Virus record (IMG/VR): IMGVR_UViG_3300013936_000014
Direction: 5' to 3' (one strand)
Length of the DNA stretch: 64,000 nucleotides
Origin: a virus
Lineage: Duplodnaviria; Caudoviricetes
The stretch's first letter is position 1, and every line of letters starts with the position of its first letter. Position numbers and translations under genes: made by a program. A model generated the notes under the pieces. It did not search any database. It was not told where the DNA came from and saw only the letters and a list, made by a program, of their open reading frames with translations. Below, piece after piece: positions 20,956 through 30,942 of this stretch.

Positions 20956-20976
20956 AAGATTCTCCTCTTCCTTTCG

Positions 20977-21035
20977 ATAGATGGCTTTGAAGGGGGTTCT
21001 AAATCTATTGACCGACCCCCATCAAAGCCATCTAT
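20977..21035. repeat. Intergenic inverted repeat
   Basis: ATAGATGGCTTTGA...TCAAAGCCATCTAT 14-bp perfect arms plus inner GGGGG/CCCCC. Confidence 0.75.
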
Positions 21036-21077
21036 ATGTGCTGATAATAAGCCGAAAAACACGAAAAGTCAATCGGC

Positions 21078-21740
21078 TCAGAAAAAATCTTTCGAGACGT
21101 ATCGCCGAGGAACGCCCCAAGATCTCGCGATCAGACGGCTTTCTTTCCCCTCTTGGAAAATCCAGGTTATCTTCACGGAAAAATAAAGATCGAGATTGCG
21201 CACTATGATCTCCCCTCTGGGAGTCAGTCGCTCATCATCTTTGTCCGAATCATAAACAGCCCCGCGCTCTAAAGAATTATACCCGGCGAAAACAGAATAA
21301 CAAATATCATTAGCGCAGCCTCTCATCCATTCAAAAAAGGAATTGTCCCCAAACGGCTTCCAAAATAGGTTATCGGCCGTTACCGGCAATGCGAAATCGA
21401 GTGTAACCACACGTCCGGAACCGTTCTGAGAATAGTTCTTTGGTTCATACCATCCGCTTTCCGGGACCGGGTACCATTTTGGCGTTATCTGAGACACTAT
21501 GCCGCTTCCTGTTTTCCCGTCTTTCGCCCTCAAATATTCGAACCCCCTATCAAACCATCCTTGGCGATGAGTTGGCGCGATGAGAGTAGCCCTTCCCACG
21601 CATCCGAAAGACAAATCGGAAGGAAGATTGTCAAAATGCAGGTTTACCGTCAGAACCTTGTTGCCGTCAACAATCGGCTCATATCGCCATTTTAGGTCTT
21701 TGTCGAGGAAATCCTTGAATTCATCCAAACTTAGCCCCAT
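21078..21740 (-). CDS. Hypothetical protein (aromatic-rich, possible fibre tip)
   Basis: ORF with SD GGAGGGG, follows the collagen genes. Confidence 0.55.
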   Translation of the reverse strand: MGLSLDEFKDFLDKDLKWRYEPIVDGNKVLTVNLHFDNLPSDLSFGCVGRATLIAPTHRQGWFDRGFEYLRAKDGKTGSGIVSQITPKWYPVPESGWYEPKNYSQNGSGRVVTLDFALPVTADNLFWKPFGDNSFFEWMRGCANDICYSVFAGYNSLERGAVYDSDKDDERLTPRGEIIVRNLDLYFSVKITWIFQEGKESRLIARSWGVPRRYVSKDFF

Positions 21741-21750
21741 AATCCCCTCC

Positions 21751-22407
21751 TTATCTGAGATCGATGATGTCTATCGTGCCTTTCGGTCCCTGGACGCCTG
21801 TCGGCCCAGCGGCCCCGGTAGGCCCGATGCCCCCCATCGGCCCAGTAGGCCCGACCGGTCCTATCAATCCTTGGAATCCAGTGGGGCCCATCGGGCCAGT
21901 AGGCCCGACGATTCCCGTGGGGCCGACAGGGCCAGTGGCCCCTGTTGGGCCGACAGGTCCCACCCCGCCGGCTGATCCCGTAGGACCCAAAGGTCCTTGA
22001 GGCCCCGTCGGGCCAACGATGCTGCTTCCCTGTGGTCCGGTTGGACCCATATCGCCCTTCTCGCCTTTCACGCTATCGGTGTAAAGATGGGTGCCGTCTG
22101 TCATGGTGAAATCGAGACCGTTGTTCGAGCCCATCGCGACGCCTTTGATGCCATTCCCGGTCTCTCCGGTGGCTCCTTTCTCCCCGATCGCCCCTCGAGG
22201 GCCGGTCGCCCCAGTGGGGCCTTTTATGTCGTCTCTCCAGCACACATAAAAGAGATTGTAGTTTTTGAGATTGTTCAAACCCGGTCCAAGGGTGATCTTG
22301 TTTCCGTTAAGATCCGTGACCGAGATGGTGTCTTTCCCGTTAACCAAGGTCTCATATTGAGATTGCGTCAGGAAAACAGTGGGTATATTTTCAAATGGAT
22401 TCGCCAT
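21751..22407 (-). CDS. Collagen-like protein (GPT repeats)
   Basis: Long Gly-X-Y tract dominated by GPT. Confidence 0.9.
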   Translation of the reverse strand: MANPFENIPTVFLTQSQYETLVNGKDTISVTDLNGNKITLGPGLNNLKNYNLFYVCWRDDIKGPTGATGPRGAIGEKGATGETGNGIKGVAMGSNNGLDFTMTDGTHLYTDSVKGEKGDMGPTGPQGSSIVGPTGPQGPLGPTGSAGGVGPVGPTGATGPVGPTGIVGPTGPMGPTGFQGLIGPVGPTGPMGGIGPTGAAGPTGVQGPKGTIDIIDLR

Positions 22408-22423
22408 ATGAGACCTCCTTTCA

Positions 22424-23329
22424 TCATTCTATTGAGTCGTAGAACACCACAGACCCTGGTTGGACATTGTATATTATCTTTTTCGTGCCGGAATCGTAAG
22501 ACATTCCTGTGACGACCCCCTCTGCGGAGGAATTCCCGATGACGCCGGCGACATTAGCCGTGACACCATCCGTTCCGTCTCTTCCGGCAGCCCCTTTGAA
22601 ATTCGCCACCTTCGTCCAAAGATCGGATTCGTTGTATCTGAATACATCGTTTGAAGATAGATTAAGATAATAATCCCCAGTTTTCGGAGATACGGGAGGA
22701 ATCTGCCCCGTGACGGATTGGATCACGTTTCCGGCATTATCCGTTGCCACGGACTCTCCCGAGAACCATGTGCTGCCCGTAGGACCCAGAGCACCCGTGG
22801 GACCGGTGGGACCAATAGGGCCGGTTGGACCGATTTTCCCTTCGGGTCCGGTAGGGCCTATTAGGCCAGTGGGACCAAGGTTGCCTTGCGGCCCAGTTGG
22901 GCCGACTGGACCTGTGGGGCCAATTTTTCCTTCGGGACCGGTAGGACCGACGGAGCCCGTCGGCCCAATTTTCCCCTCAGGGCCAGTTGGGCCGACAGAG
23001 CCCGTTGGGCCGACATCTCCTTGCGGACCAGTAGGACCCATTGCCCCAGTTGGGCCAATTTTCCCTTCGGGGCCAGTAGGACCGACGGAGCCCGTTGGGC
23101 CCGCGTCTCCCTTGGCTCCCGTCGGCCCAATGGCCCCTGTAAAACCTCTGGGGCCCGTTGGACCGATTATATCCTGATAATAGCAAACGAAATATCCGTC
23201 GCTGGGAAGGCCGGTCAAGGTTTTTTTGTTGCCGTTGTAGTCGGTGACTTCCGTGGATCCTCCGGTTCTCAGCATCTCATATTGAGCCTGAGTGAGAAAA
23301 TAGGTTTTTGTATTGGTAATATCTGCCAT
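22424..23329 (-). CDS. Collagen-like protein (GPT repeats)
   Basis: GXY tract built from 36-bp units ([15 protein letters not shown]); GSTWFSG and GDYYLN domain. Confidence 0.9.
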   Translation of the reverse strand: MADITNTKTYFLTQAQYEMLRTGGSTEVTDYNGNKKTLTGLPSDGYFVCYYQDIIGPTGPRGFTGAIGPTGAKGDAGPTGSVGPTGPEGKIGPTGAMGPTGPQGDVGPTGSVGPTGPEGKIGPTGSVGPTGPEGKIGPTGPVGPTGPQGNLGPTGLIGPTGPEGKIGPTGPIGPTGPTGALGPTGSTWFSGESVATDNAGNVIQSVTGQIPPVSPKTGDYYLNLSSNDVFRYNESDLWTKVANFKGAAGRDGTDGVTANVAGVIGNSSAEGVVTGMSYDSGTKKIIYNVQPGSVVFYDSIE

Positions 23330-23343
23330 TCTCTTTTTCCTCC

Positions 23344-24243
23344 TTACCAGGCCACTTCCGTGTTTCCGTCATCGGAGAGCTTCACATAGAAAACGCCATG
23401 CACGGCATCGATCATCTCAGCGGCCGGAACATTCGTGTAGACTATCTTTTTTGAAGAATCGTCATATTCCATTGCGACCGTCACGCCCGTGCTAGCTTCA
23501 TAAGAGCCACTGGATGAAGAGACCCCCGACACGTTTCCCGTCTCCCCTTTCGGCCCCTGCGGGCCTTTAACCTGAGCGATTTTCGTCCATTGTTTCTGCT
23601 CATTGTACCTGAATATCTCCGCCGTCGAGTTGTTGAAATAGAAATCCCCGACGACTGCGCCGACCGGGTCTGGATCGACGACGACGTTTCCCTGTTGGGT
23701 GGAAACCGCCGTGCCCGAATACCAGGTGCTTCCCGTTGGGCCGATCGCCCCAGTGAGCCCCGTGGGCCCGATGGGTCCGGTGTCGCCTTTGTCTCCCTTG
23801 GCGTGTACCTCCGTGTCGACTCCGCCAATGAGCCAATTCCCCGATGTGGGATCTATTGTCGGGGAGTAGCCGTTTTTAACGACGATGTTCCCCGCTTCAA
23901 GCGTCTCATCTTCGGTATTGGTATATTTCAGGCCGTAAGTGGATTCGGCTCCTGAGCCTTGCTGCAAAGAGCCCGTCACCTCTATGCTTTTGAGTCCGAC
24001 GCCGGTATTTCCCGTAGGCCCGGTTGGGCCGATTTCGCCCTTATCGCCCTGGACACCCCTCGGTCCGGTTGGACCGATTATGTCCTGATAATAGCAAACG
24101 AAATACCCGTCGCTCGGAAGGCCGGTCAAAGTGGCCACATTGCCATTGTAGTCCGTGACGGTCGTGGTTCCGCCCGTTCTCAGCGTCTCATACTGCCTCT
24201 GAGTGAGGAAGTAAGTTTTTTTCTGCGTTATTATATCTGCCAT
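23344..24243 (-). CDS. Collagen-like protein
   Basis: Short GXY tracts. N-terminus is near-identical to 22424-23329; GSTWYSG and GDFYFN domain. Confidence 0.85.
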   Translation of the reverse strand: MADIITQKKTYFLTQRQYETLRTGGTTTVTDYNGNVATLTGLPSDGYFVCYYQDIIGPTGPRGVQGDKGEIGPTGPTGNTGVGLKSIEVTGSLQQGSGAESTYGLKYTNTEDETLEAGNIVVKNGYSPTIDPTSGNWLIGGVDTEVHAKGDKGDTGPIGPTGLTGAIGPTGSTWYSGTAVSTQQGNVVVDPDPVGAVVGDFYFNNSTAEIFRYNEQKQWTKIAQVKGPQGPKGETGNVSGVSSSSGSYEASTGVTVAMEYDDSSKKIVYTNVPAAEMIDAVHGVFYVKLSDDGNTEVAW

Positions 24244-24256
24244 GTTCTTCCTCCTC

Positions 24257-25405
24257 TCAATCCGCGACATCGTTGCCCGCGTCGTCTATCTTCGTGTAGA
24301 ATACGCCATTCACGGATTCGAACATTGTTTTTATCGGCACGTTCGTATAAAGAATCTTCTTCGTCTCCTTGTCATACTCGACCTTTGTGGTGAGGCCGTT
24401 TTTCTGATCATAGCTCCCTTCGGCAAGAGCGGCCCCCTCCACGTTGCCGATATCACCTTTGGGGCCTTGAGGCCCTTTAAGGCTGGCGATTTTCGTCCAT
24501 TCTTTCGACTCGTTGTATCTATATACCTCGCCTTTTTCCTCATTGAGGTAAAAATCCCCTATTTTGACCCCTTCGGGAGACGGATCGACGGAGACTTGCC
24601 CTTGGTCGGTTCCCACGTCGTTGCCGGAGAACCATGTGCTGCCCGTTGGGCCTATTGGCCCCGTTGGGCCGACCACGCCTGTTGGCCCTAAAGCCCCTGT
24701 GGGGCCGGTGGGACCCGTAAGACCGATTGGGCCCGTAGGCCCTACTGGGCCTATCAGCCCTTGGACCCCCGTGGGACCCATTGGGCCGGTGGGACCTGTA
24801 AGGCCGATTGGACCGGTAGGGCCGATAAGCCCAGTGGGACCCAAAGCCCCTGTGGGGCCGGTGGGACCCGTGAGGCCTATAGGCCCCGTTGGTCCCATCA
24901 CCCCTGTGGGGCCTATTTGGCCAGTTGGGCCGATTGGGCCCGTGGCTCCGGTGGGGCCGATGTCCCCCTGCGGGCCGGTGGGGCCGATGTCCCCTTGATC
25001 GCCCTTCGCCCCAGTTTCGCCTTGGGGTCCCTGAGAGCCCCTCTCCCCTTTTGAGGAAGATCCAGAGCCCCCCGTTTCCCCCATTTCCGTCTCCAGTTGC
25101 TCCAACTGCTCCCTCAGATCAAGGTTGCTTCCGATTTTGGCGAAAATGAACGACTGCGCGAATTGGTTTCCCACTTTGTAGACATAGACGTAATCCCCAG
25201 TCTCCAGGTCGAATCCGAACTTGTTCGGAATGCCATGGATGACATTGGCATCGTCGGGCACCACGTAAATGTTGTAATTGCCGTCGCTTCCGGGGGATGC
25301 GATCTGGCATAGCGCTACTTGATCCTTTGAATCGAGTTGCTGTTTTATCAACTCTTTTATGAGATCAAGCATCGATTTGGCTGACTTTTCATTGTTGTTG
25401 CTCAT
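24257..25405 (-). CDS. Collagen-like protein with N-terminal globular domain
   Basis: Long GPT tract with an internal duplication; GSTWFSG and GDFYLN domain. Confidence 0.9.
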   Translation of the reverse strand: MSNNNEKSAKSMLDLIKELIKQQLDSKDQVALCQIASPGSDGNYNIYVVPDDANVIHGIPNKFGFDLETGDYVYVYKVGNQFAQSFIFAKIGSNLDLREQLEQLETEMGETGGSGSSSKGERGSQGPQGETGAKGDQGDIGPTGPQGDIGPTGATGPIGPTGQIGPTGVMGPTGPIGLTGPTGPTGALGPTGLIGPTGPIGLTGPTGPMGPTGVQGLIGPVGPTGPIGLTGPTGPTGALGPTGVVGPTGPIGPTGSTWFSGNDVGTDQGQVSVDPSPEGVKIGDFYLNEEKGEVYRYNESKEWTKIASLKGPQGPKGDIGNVEGAALAEGSYDQKNGLTTKVEYDKETKKILYTNVPIKTMFESVNGVFYTKIDDAGNDVAD

Positions 25406-25533
25406 GATGCTCCCTCCGTCGGTTGTGTTGACCGTCGAAATCACGACGGAAAAAAAGGAAAGGGTATCACCCTTTCCCAGAATCGACAGTCTCCTGTCTC
25501 AGCGGCGCTTGAATAAAAGCGCGTTTTTATTCA

Positions 25534-25989
25534 TTACTTGCTTTCGTTGATTTTCTTCTCTTCTTCAGAAGTGACCATGAATTTGCGCGTGGTTTTCGCG
25601 CTTTTTTTTGCTTCTTTTGAAGAATCGATCATATTGTTGAACCATCCGATGGTCTCATTGATGTAATCGGCCAATTTCTTGAGGTCGTCTTCGCTGACTT
25701 CAATTCCAGCTTCTTTGCATCCCGCCACGACCGCGTCGATGACCATCTGTTGCTTCTCAGAGCCTTTCTTTCCGCTTGCTTCGGCTTCTTTCATGGCCGC
25801 CATGGCGATATCTTTGATTTTCGACCAATTTTTGTTTTTCATCAGTTCCGCTCCTTTTTTGACCAAACTCACCGCGGTCGGCACCAGGGCCGCGACAGCG
25901 ATGACAAAACCAGCTATGAAAGTGATGAGATTCGCCCATCCTTCGACTGTGGTGGGCCAGATGGAATTTAAGATGATGATAGAGTTCAT
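25534..25989 (-). CDS. Holin (LL-H-like)
   Basis: One N-terminal TM segment, AMKEAE...KGSEK pattern, charged C-terminus. Confidence 0.7.
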   Translation of the reverse strand: MNSIIILNSIWPTTVEGWANLITFIAGFVIAVAALVPTAVSLVKKGAELMKNKNWSKIKDIAMAAMKEAEASGKKGSEKQQMVIDAVVAGCKEAGIEVSEDDLKKLADYINETIGWFNNMIDSSKEAKKSAKTTRKFMVTSEEEKKINESK

Positions 25990-27809
25990 AATGTTTCCTC
26001 CTTTTTCCAAAGATATTTTTTAGAGCCAGAGCCCCATATGACGGCTTCTGCTTTCTCTTTGTACTCTTTGTATTTTGACGGATTGCGCTTATAGGCAACC
26101 CCATCGATCAGATAGGTCTTGTCAGGACCGGTGTATCCGACGAACTTCATCCCAATGGCTTCATAGGATCTGCCGTCGAATTTGTTGAAATCGCAATAGC
26201 TGAAAACCTCATCAGGATTGTAATCTTCGACGAACCTGGAAAACAGTTTGCCCACGCCGCCGATCACCACATTATTGGAGCCCGGGCAGCCGCGGATGAT
26301 CTCCCAGGAATTGCTTCCCTTCAGATTGCGATTATAGCGGGTTTTGCTGAAGCTCATCAATTGCACCAATTCCCCCTCATGGAAAAGACCATAGGTGACT
26401 TGGGCATTGCGATGCCCCTGCAAATGCACTTTGTCATTAAGAGGCTTGGCCTCTTGATTAGTGATTTGCCTGATTTCGCATTTGCGAGCATAGATTTTTC
26501 TATCCACGATGCCAAGGGCTATCTTCAGCAATTGGATGATCTTGTCTTTCATGGCGTTCCACTCATATTCGTAGATGTGAATAAGACGGATGCCTTTCGA
26601 TTCAGCCAGTTTTGATTTGTCAAAATGGTAATTCCTTTCTTTGACGGCATTCGAATGCCAATAATCGCCATTGAATTCGATACCCATCTTCTTAGAAGGA
26701 ACGTAAATATCAATTTCCATTCCCCCCAAAACCTTTCGGTCATGGGAGACGAAGTCGATTTTCGATTGCTTCAGGAAAGACTGCAGCTCCAATTCGGGAG
26801 ATGAAGTGTAAACAGAGAAATAATTTTCCCAATGATTCTTCTTTGCGGCGGTCCTCACTTTGTTATCCGAGCACCCCAATGCTTGAGCCGCCGCGGTATA
26901 ATTTGGTTTGTCGCTGAAACTATCCGTCAGGAATTCTGCGAGCCTCTCTTCGGAAGCGAGAATTCTTGCAGATTTCTCAGATCCTTTGCCGACGGGATGA
27001 TCAACGCCATATTTTTTGATGCAGTTTTCCCTGTAATGCGCTCTGACCGTCGATGAGGAAAAAGAGTTTTCCACTCCGAAACGCTCTTGGTTTGTTTTCC
27101 TTTTCGTAGCTTCTATGCAGGCTTGCGATTTGCGAATGTCGTTTTCGGCAAGCCATTTCAGCAATGTCCTCACGCTCACTTTGAATCGAGCGGCGGTCTC
27201 CAATATCGAATGGGAATTTGCAACATAATAATCATACAATTCTTCCCTAGAAGGAAGTTTTTTGGTTTTCTTTTCGCTTAACGCCTTTTTCGCCAATTTG
27301 GTTTTCGAATAGCACTCGACGCCATATTTTTCCAAACAGGTTTTTCTGCTTTTTTCGCGCACCTCTTCCGACTGCATGGCGTAATCGCAGCCCAAACGAT
27401 CTCTCATGGAGTTCTTTCGGGTCTCTTCAACCCCTTCCTTGTCTTTTTTGATCTCGTATCGGGACAGCCAGTTTCTCACAGTATCCAGAGACACCCCATA
27501 GAAAGAGGCCAGCTGCTTTTGCGTTTTTCCTCCCAAATATTCTTTTTCTAATGCCTCTTTGGCGGGCATTTTCCAGTCAAGTTTATTCACGGGGGGTTTT
27601 TTCTCGGAGACGGCAAAGTTCCTGCATATCGTCTCCCTCCTTGTCTGAGCCACTTCCTCAGATGGTTTCTTGATATCATTCCTATGCAAAAATTTCTCCA
27701 TGCCGCTGACGGATCTGTTAAAATGACCGGCAGTTTCCACAAGAGAACGGTGCTCGTTGACGTAATATTCCCTAACTTCTTCGGGATTTAATTTTGTCAT
27801 TTTGCCCAT
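25986..27809 (-). CDS. Free-standing Hef-like homing endonuclease (HTH + EKYGV repeats + PD-(D/E)xK/Vsr-like domain)
   Basis: KTCLEKYGV repeats; EIDIYVPSKKMGIEFNGDYWHS; KIYARKC...HLQG C-terminal domain. Confidence 0.8.
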   Translation of the reverse strand: MGKMTKLNPEEVREYYVNEHRSLVETAGHFNRSVSGMEKFLHRNDIKKPSEEVAQTRRETICRNFAVSEKKPPVNKLDWKMPAKEALEKEYLGGKTQKQLASFYGVSLDTVRNWLSRYEIKKDKEGVEETRKNSMRDRLGCDYAMQSEEVREKSRKTCLEKYGVECYSKTKLAKKALSEKKTKKLPSREELYDYYVANSHSILETAARFKVSVRTLLKWLAENDIRKSQACIEATKRKTNQERFGVENSFSSSTVRAHYRENCIKKYGVDHPVGKGSEKSARILASEERLAEFLTDSFSDKPNYTAAAQALGCSDNKVRTAAKKNHWENYFSVYTSSPELELQSFLKQSKIDFVSHDRKVLGGMEIDIYVPSKKMGIEFNGDYWHSNAVKERNYHFDKSKLAESKGIRLIHIYEYEWNAMKDKIIQLLKIALGIVDRKIYARKCEIRQITNQEAKPLNDKVHLQGHRNAQVTYGLFHEGELVQLMSFSKTRYNRNLKGSNSWEIIRGCPGSNNVVIGGVGKLFSRFVEDYNPDEVFSYCDFNKFDGRSYEAIGMKFVGYTGPDKTYLIDGVAYKRNPSKYKEYKEKAEAVIWGSGSKKYLWKKEETL

Positions 27810-27858
27810 CTGTTGTTTCCTCCGACCAATTCAAAAATAACATAAAGCGCGCCAAAGG

Positions 27859-27919
27859 TCAACAAGGCTTTTGGCCAAACGTTATCTTTTTGATAACGCC
27901 CAACCAAAAGCCTTGTTGA
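27859..27919. repeat. Inverted repeat overlapping the promoter of the endonuclease gene
   Basis: TCAACAAGGCTTTTGG / CCAAAAGCCTTGTTGA 16-bp perfect arms with inner GTTATC/GATAAC. A minus-strand TTGACC-17-TATTTT starts in one arm. Confidence 0.75.
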
Positions 27920-27951
27920 AGGCAGTTTCCCGCCTTGCAACAAGGCTTGTT

Positions 27952-28119
27952 TCATTCTTCTTCCTTTTTCTGAAATTGAGAACAAGTTTCCATATCCGTT
28001 ATTTCAAAATGCTTTTTGACTGTGCACCATCTCTGAAACGGGCACACTTCCATACGCAACTTGCAAATATAACGATAGATGTCGCCTTTCCCTATCAGAA
28101 ATCGACATCTCTCAGGCAT
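27952..28119 (-). CDS. 55-aa Cys-rich small protein
   Basis: Below the track cutoff: MPERCRFLIGKGDIYRYICKLRMEVCPFQRWCTVKKHFEITDMETCSQFQKKEEE, immediately after the tail gene. Confidence 0.55.
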   Translation of the reverse strand: MPERCRFLIGKGDIYRYICKLRMEVCPFQRWCTVKKHFEITDMETCSQFQKKEEE

Positions 28120-28127
28120 GAAATGCT

Positions 28128-29138
28128 TTATTCTCCGACAGTGACGTCATCGCTGACAGTGGTGCCAGTGATGGTGATTTTGCTAGCGCCAGCAGCAAAT
28201 TTGCCATCGGTCAAAGCAGGTTCAAAGGTCAAATTCTTATTATCCATCTTCATGACCTTGCCTTCTTTGGTAAGAACGTAGACAACGGGAATAAGACCCG
28301 CTTTCAAGCTGTCTTCATCAACAATCAACTCGCTGTAATTGTCCGAGGCATAATCGTTGAGAGAGAGAACGATGTTATAAAGATTCTGTTCGCCCATCTC
28401 GCAGGTGCTGTCGGAAGCAAGAGCAGAACCGGCCAAGCTGATGGTTTGGTTCTGAGACATGTTGAACGCCATTTCGGATCCGCCGTTCAAACGGAAACGA
28501 GGAATTTCGTAGGTGATGGTTCCGGCTTTCCTGCCATTGGAGGCAGAGCAGGCGTCTCCTGCGAAGACCGGGGCGGTAATGAGCAGCATATATTCGGCAG
28601 GAATGATATTCGACGTGACGTGGGCGATAATGGCATTTGGATCCTGCTTGCAATAGCGGACGCAGTAGGACTTGCCGGCCTTGAAATCGGCGCTGGTGAT
28701 TTCTTTGCCATCGGTGAATTCATAGGTATTCCATTTTTCTTTGCCGGCTTCGAGGACCCAAACGTATTTGAGCTCGCCGCCGCAAGCGCCGAAATTGAGG
28801 GCGAGAGGCTGATCCGTAAGAGTTATTTTTCCCTCTTCGGCGACGACCGTTTCGGTGGCATAGCCATGGGAGCCTTCGTTTTTGAATTCGGTGCCAAGCT
28901 GTGCTTCAAGATATTCTTTCTTGAAAACGACATCCGTGAGGGTGATTTCGACGGCAGGATCGTGATAGAAGCTGAATTGAATAGGTGCGCCAGTTCCGCC
29001 ACGAACGTCGTCTTTAGTAATGGTGGTATTGATACCAGAATCGGTTAAAGTTTTGGAAACGAAAGCCAATTCATAGCTTCCGTCTTCTTTTTTCTTAAAA
29101 GCTTCGACCGAACCAACTGATCCGAGAAAATACTTCAT
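28128..29138 (-). CDS. Putative major tail (tube) protein
   Basis: SKTLTDSGI...DVRGGTG...H pattern of SPbeta-like tail proteins; highly expressed codon style; position. Confidence 0.65.
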   Translation of the reverse strand: MKYFLGSVGSVEAFKKKEDGSYELAFVSKTLTDSGINTTITKDDVRGGTGAPIQFSFYHDPAVEITLTDVVFKKEYLEAQLGTEFKNEGSHGYATETVVAEEGKITLTDQPLALNFGACGGELKYVWVLEAGKEKWNTYEFTDGKEITSADFKAGKSYCVRYCKQDPNAIIAHVTSNIIPAEYMLLITAPVFAGDACSASNGRKAGTITYEIPRFRLNGGSEMAFNMSQNQTISLAGSALASDSTCEMGEQNLYNIVLSLNDYASDNYSELIVDEDSLKAGLIPVVYVLTKEGKVMKMDNKNLTFEPALTDGKFAAGASKITITGTTVSDDVTVGE

Positions 29139-29174
29139 GTTTTTATTCTCCTTTAAAATTTTATTTTATAAAAA

Positions 29175-30230
29175 TCACCTTTCGGTATACTGCTGAGCTT
29201 GATCGGTCGTCTTATACCCGTCTCCATACATATCCTTTTCGGTTTTGTACAGCCAATGCTCCAATTTGAAGCCTTTCGGGAAAGACACCATCCCGCTCAT
29301 CATCGCCGACCTGGTGATCTTATAATTGATTAAATCGTCCACCAGACTGAGAGCCATGGCGAACTTTCGAATTGTCATGTCGTAAATGTCGGATAGCTTA
29401 TAATTACTGGCTATCGACAAACCGACAATCTTTCGCTCCAGCGAAGCTGTAGCGCCGGCATTTGCTTTCTGCTCAAGAGCCAATCGCTCCTCGTAGTCAG
29501 CCTTCACATCAGGATCAACCCAAGAATCATTTTGATAATCAGAAAAATTCTGATACATAATGATTTCTCTCAAATCATTGAACATCTGCGATGTGACCGT
29601 TTTCCCATCAATCAAAAATGAGTAATGTTTCCCTTTTTCGTCCTTAACTATTTTTATCATCTCCAAATACTGAGATTGGTCTTCGTTGCCGCACTTATCG
29701 CAGATAAGCTTGGGCTCCTCAAACTTTTCTCCCTGTTTTGGAGGATTGGCCAAAAGGTTTTGGACTTCATTCAGGAATTTCACAAAAATATCACTGTGAT
29801 ATTCAATGATGTTTCCACATTTCTTGCATTTTAGACCATTCTTGAGATGAAAGACCACCTCAATCAATGAATTGAATCTGAAAGACCACGCCGGGCCTTC
29901 TTTCTTATCGTTCATTTTAGACACCAGAAAGTCAAGATTCGTCATCCGGATGCCTTCTGGCGTTTTGTTTTTGTCTAAGCTGAGACACGTGGATGCGGAA
30001 GCAAACTTCTCATAATCCCGAACGGTCGCCGGATATAATAGAAAACCATGAAAAGGGACCGGAAGGTCCAGTTTGAAATATTCTATCTCATCTTTGCGCA
30101 ACTCGTCCGCGAGGGACTCGCTCAGGCCTTTATAACGGTCGGGCTTCGCCGCTATGGCCCCTGATTCTTCATTCGATGTCTGTGACGTCTCCTGATTGCT
30201 CGTCTCTCTGATTTCCTTATCTTCCGCCAT
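29175..30230 (-). CDS. Putative tail assembly protein with CxxC pairs
   Basis: FNDLREIIMYQN, IYDMTIRKF and HWL motifs; position. Confidence 0.5.
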   Translation of the reverse strand: MAEDKEIRETSNQETSQTSNEESGAIAAKPDRYKGLSESLADELRKDEIEYFKLDLPVPFHGFLLYPATVRDYEKFASASTCLSLDKNKTPEGIRMTNLDFLVSKMNDKKEGPAWSFRFNSLIEVVFHLKNGLKCKKCGNIIEYHSDIFVKFLNEVQNLLANPPKQGEKFEEPKLICDKCGNEDQSQYLEMIKIVKDEKGKHYSFLIDGKTVTSQMFNDLREIIMYQNFSDYQNDSWVDPDVKADYEERLALEQKANAGATASLERKIVGLSIASNYKLSDIYDMTIRKFAMALSLVDDLINYKITRSAMMSGMVSFPKGFKLEHWLYKTEKDMYGDGYKTTDQAQQYTER

Positions 30231-30233
30231 ATG

Positions 30234-30923
30234 TCACAATTGCTCCCCAGGAACTCCCATTGCCTCTCCGCTTGAATCGTTGTTCATGTTGCAAGCGAAG
30301 ATTATCGAGTGCCCATAATAAGAGCGCCTGTTGTACAACGGCATGGTCGCCTTGCATTTGATCGGCATCCTCATGTTGAACTGAAGATACCCGGCGCCAT
30401 CCAAATACAGGCCGTTGAACTCGGCCAGTATGCACTTCAGCAAAACCGTCGCGCGATTCTTGAAGGCAACAACAACATTGTCTTTCCCATCCGAATCGTT
30501 TGGATTCGCCAACGGATACAGGAACTCATCCCCGTCGCCGTTTATGGCGCTGATTTTGCTATGCGTCACAGTCTCGATCGTGACCCCCACCGTCGATCTC
30601 AGATGATCGACAGGAAGGACGTCTTCGACGTAAATGTACAAAGAACTGCATTGTTCTTGCCACGCATCATCAACAAAAGGCGAGAAGAAGACCCTCTTCG
30701 ACGTCGGATTTCCGTTGTCGTAGCACACGAGCCCCCATCTATCGGCCTCGCTGACAGTTGGCTTGCTTAACGCGTCTAAGCTGTTGTACTTCAGCAATTT
30801 CCAGATTATGTCCGCGAATTTGGTCTGTGACTTGACCAAATGCGACACCATTTTGGCTTCTATGCCATCCAGATTCTGGTATCTGTTGAACTCATTGAAA
30901 TCGCTGCGTTCCAAATAATCCAT
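30234..30923 (-). CDS. Putative tail terminator/neck protein
   Basis: IWKLLKY motif; position between head and tail genes. Confidence 0.45.
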   Translation of the reverse strand: MDYLERSDFNEFNRYQNLDGIEAKMVSHLVKSQTKFADIIWKLLKYNSLDALSKPTVSEADRWGLVCYDNGNPTSKRVFFSPFVDDAWQEQCSSLYIYVEDVLPVDHLRSTVGVTIETVTHSKISAINGDGDEFLYPLANPNDSDGKDNVVVAFKNRATVLLKCILAEFNGLYLDGAGYLQFNMRMPIKCKATMPLYNRRSYYGHSIIFACNMNNDSSGEAMGVPGEQL

Positions 30924-30942
30924 TCCTTTTACCTCCGAATCA

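Noticed and set aside
21751-25054. CRISPR array or antisense genes in the repetitive region
   Set aside because: The repeats are 9-bp-period collagen codons without unique spacers, and the plus-strand GPV ORFs are shadows. No cas genes are present.
17156-25405. Shufflon/invertible fibre locus driven by the tyrosine recombinase
   Set aside because: All fibre genes are co-oriented and the shared sequences are direct paralogous repeats. I saw no inverted crossover sites or reversed cassettes.
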